A stretch of 64,000 nt of DNA, from contig JALMLS010000165.1 in the NCBI GenBank assembly GCA_038496445.1, positions 62,001 to 126,000 on the forward strand, written 5' to 3'. Numbering within the stretch: the stretch's first letter is position 1; every line of letters starts with the position of its first letter. The position numbers and the translations under genes were made by a program. Shown piece after piece: positions 63,401-64,000 of the stretch. Under the pieces are notes generated by a model. It saw nothing but the letters and a program-made list of their open reading frames with translations, ran no database searches and was not told the DNA's origin. The stretch comes from Trichosphaerium sp. ATCC 40318. Taxonomy: Eukaryota; Protista; Tubulinea.

Positions 63401-64000
63401 ATTTAACTTTAATTGATGTCACAATAGTAAATACTCTCGCTCCAAGTACGTACATTGTTGTTTAAGTTCTGTCTACAAAGTTCTTTTTAGCTACCAGCTT
63501 CATGTGAAGGGATAATTAAACTATCAAGGTTCTCGATAGAATGGTTTTGATAAAGGAGATCTACACACTCTTTTATTGTTGATTGAACTTGATGGAGTCA
63601 TTTTAATGGAGAAACCACCATTTAAAAAGTTTATGTTTCTCCGTAGCTGATTGCAGTGTCATAGTAGTCCATGTGGGAAGTCGGTTGCTATAGTAATTTG
63701 ATGTATTCTGAATAGTTCTCAGCTGGATTACCACAAACGTTAAAACTAAATCAACAGCTTGAGCGTCAAAATGCTGTTTGAGTCTTTCAAAGACTTATTT
63801 TAATACCTCAGCGGTAGTTGTTTTTTCTATCACAGTCGAGTGGGTTTAACTTTGTGGTGCTACTCTATCAGACAAAATAATATTGAACTTTATGAACTCC
63901 TACTCGACGAATGAAAATGGCATTACTCCAAAAGTTGAAAGACCCTTTTGTCTTTGGATTTTGAAAAAAAACTAATGCAGTTCATTTTTGTGAGAAGTCA

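Overview
AT-rich (about one-third GC by eye), gene-dense, intron-rich eukaryotic nuclear DNA, most consistent with an amoeboid protist (short introns, GTACGT/GTATGT/GTAAGT donors, CTAAC-type branch points, standard code). The ORF track is fragmented by introns, so gene models were spliced by hand and internal boundaries are approximate. Recognisable genes: SNW1/Prp45, PARG, SPT2, Arf, Ras/Rab/Rho-type GTPases, an ARM-RhoGEF, ankyrin and TPR proteins, a GstB-like GST, a GNAT, two ependymin-like secreted proteins, a claudin-like protein and a Pro/Thr-stalk membrane protein. Most interesting: (1) an inverted duplication of a head-to-head pair of an IFI44-like GTPase and a small, possibly TIR-like gene, with a conserved shared spacer (32.9-37.4 kb); (2) two proteins made of ~70-aa Trp-rich tandem repeats ending in a RAP/PD-(D/E)xK-like nuclease domain; (3) a ~700-nt non-coding, heavily base-paired two-domain RNA candidate with a pseudoknot (62.3-63.0 kb); (4) strong enrichment of the palindrome CACGTG in introns and spacers; (5) a fast-turnover set of F-box fusions (F-box-Ras with P-loop Lys->Cys, F-box-MORN2, F-box-LRR); (6) several small GTPases with altered catalytic motifs; (7) a TTAA-flanked non-autonomous DNA transposon. 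No tRNA, rRNA or CRISPR array seen.
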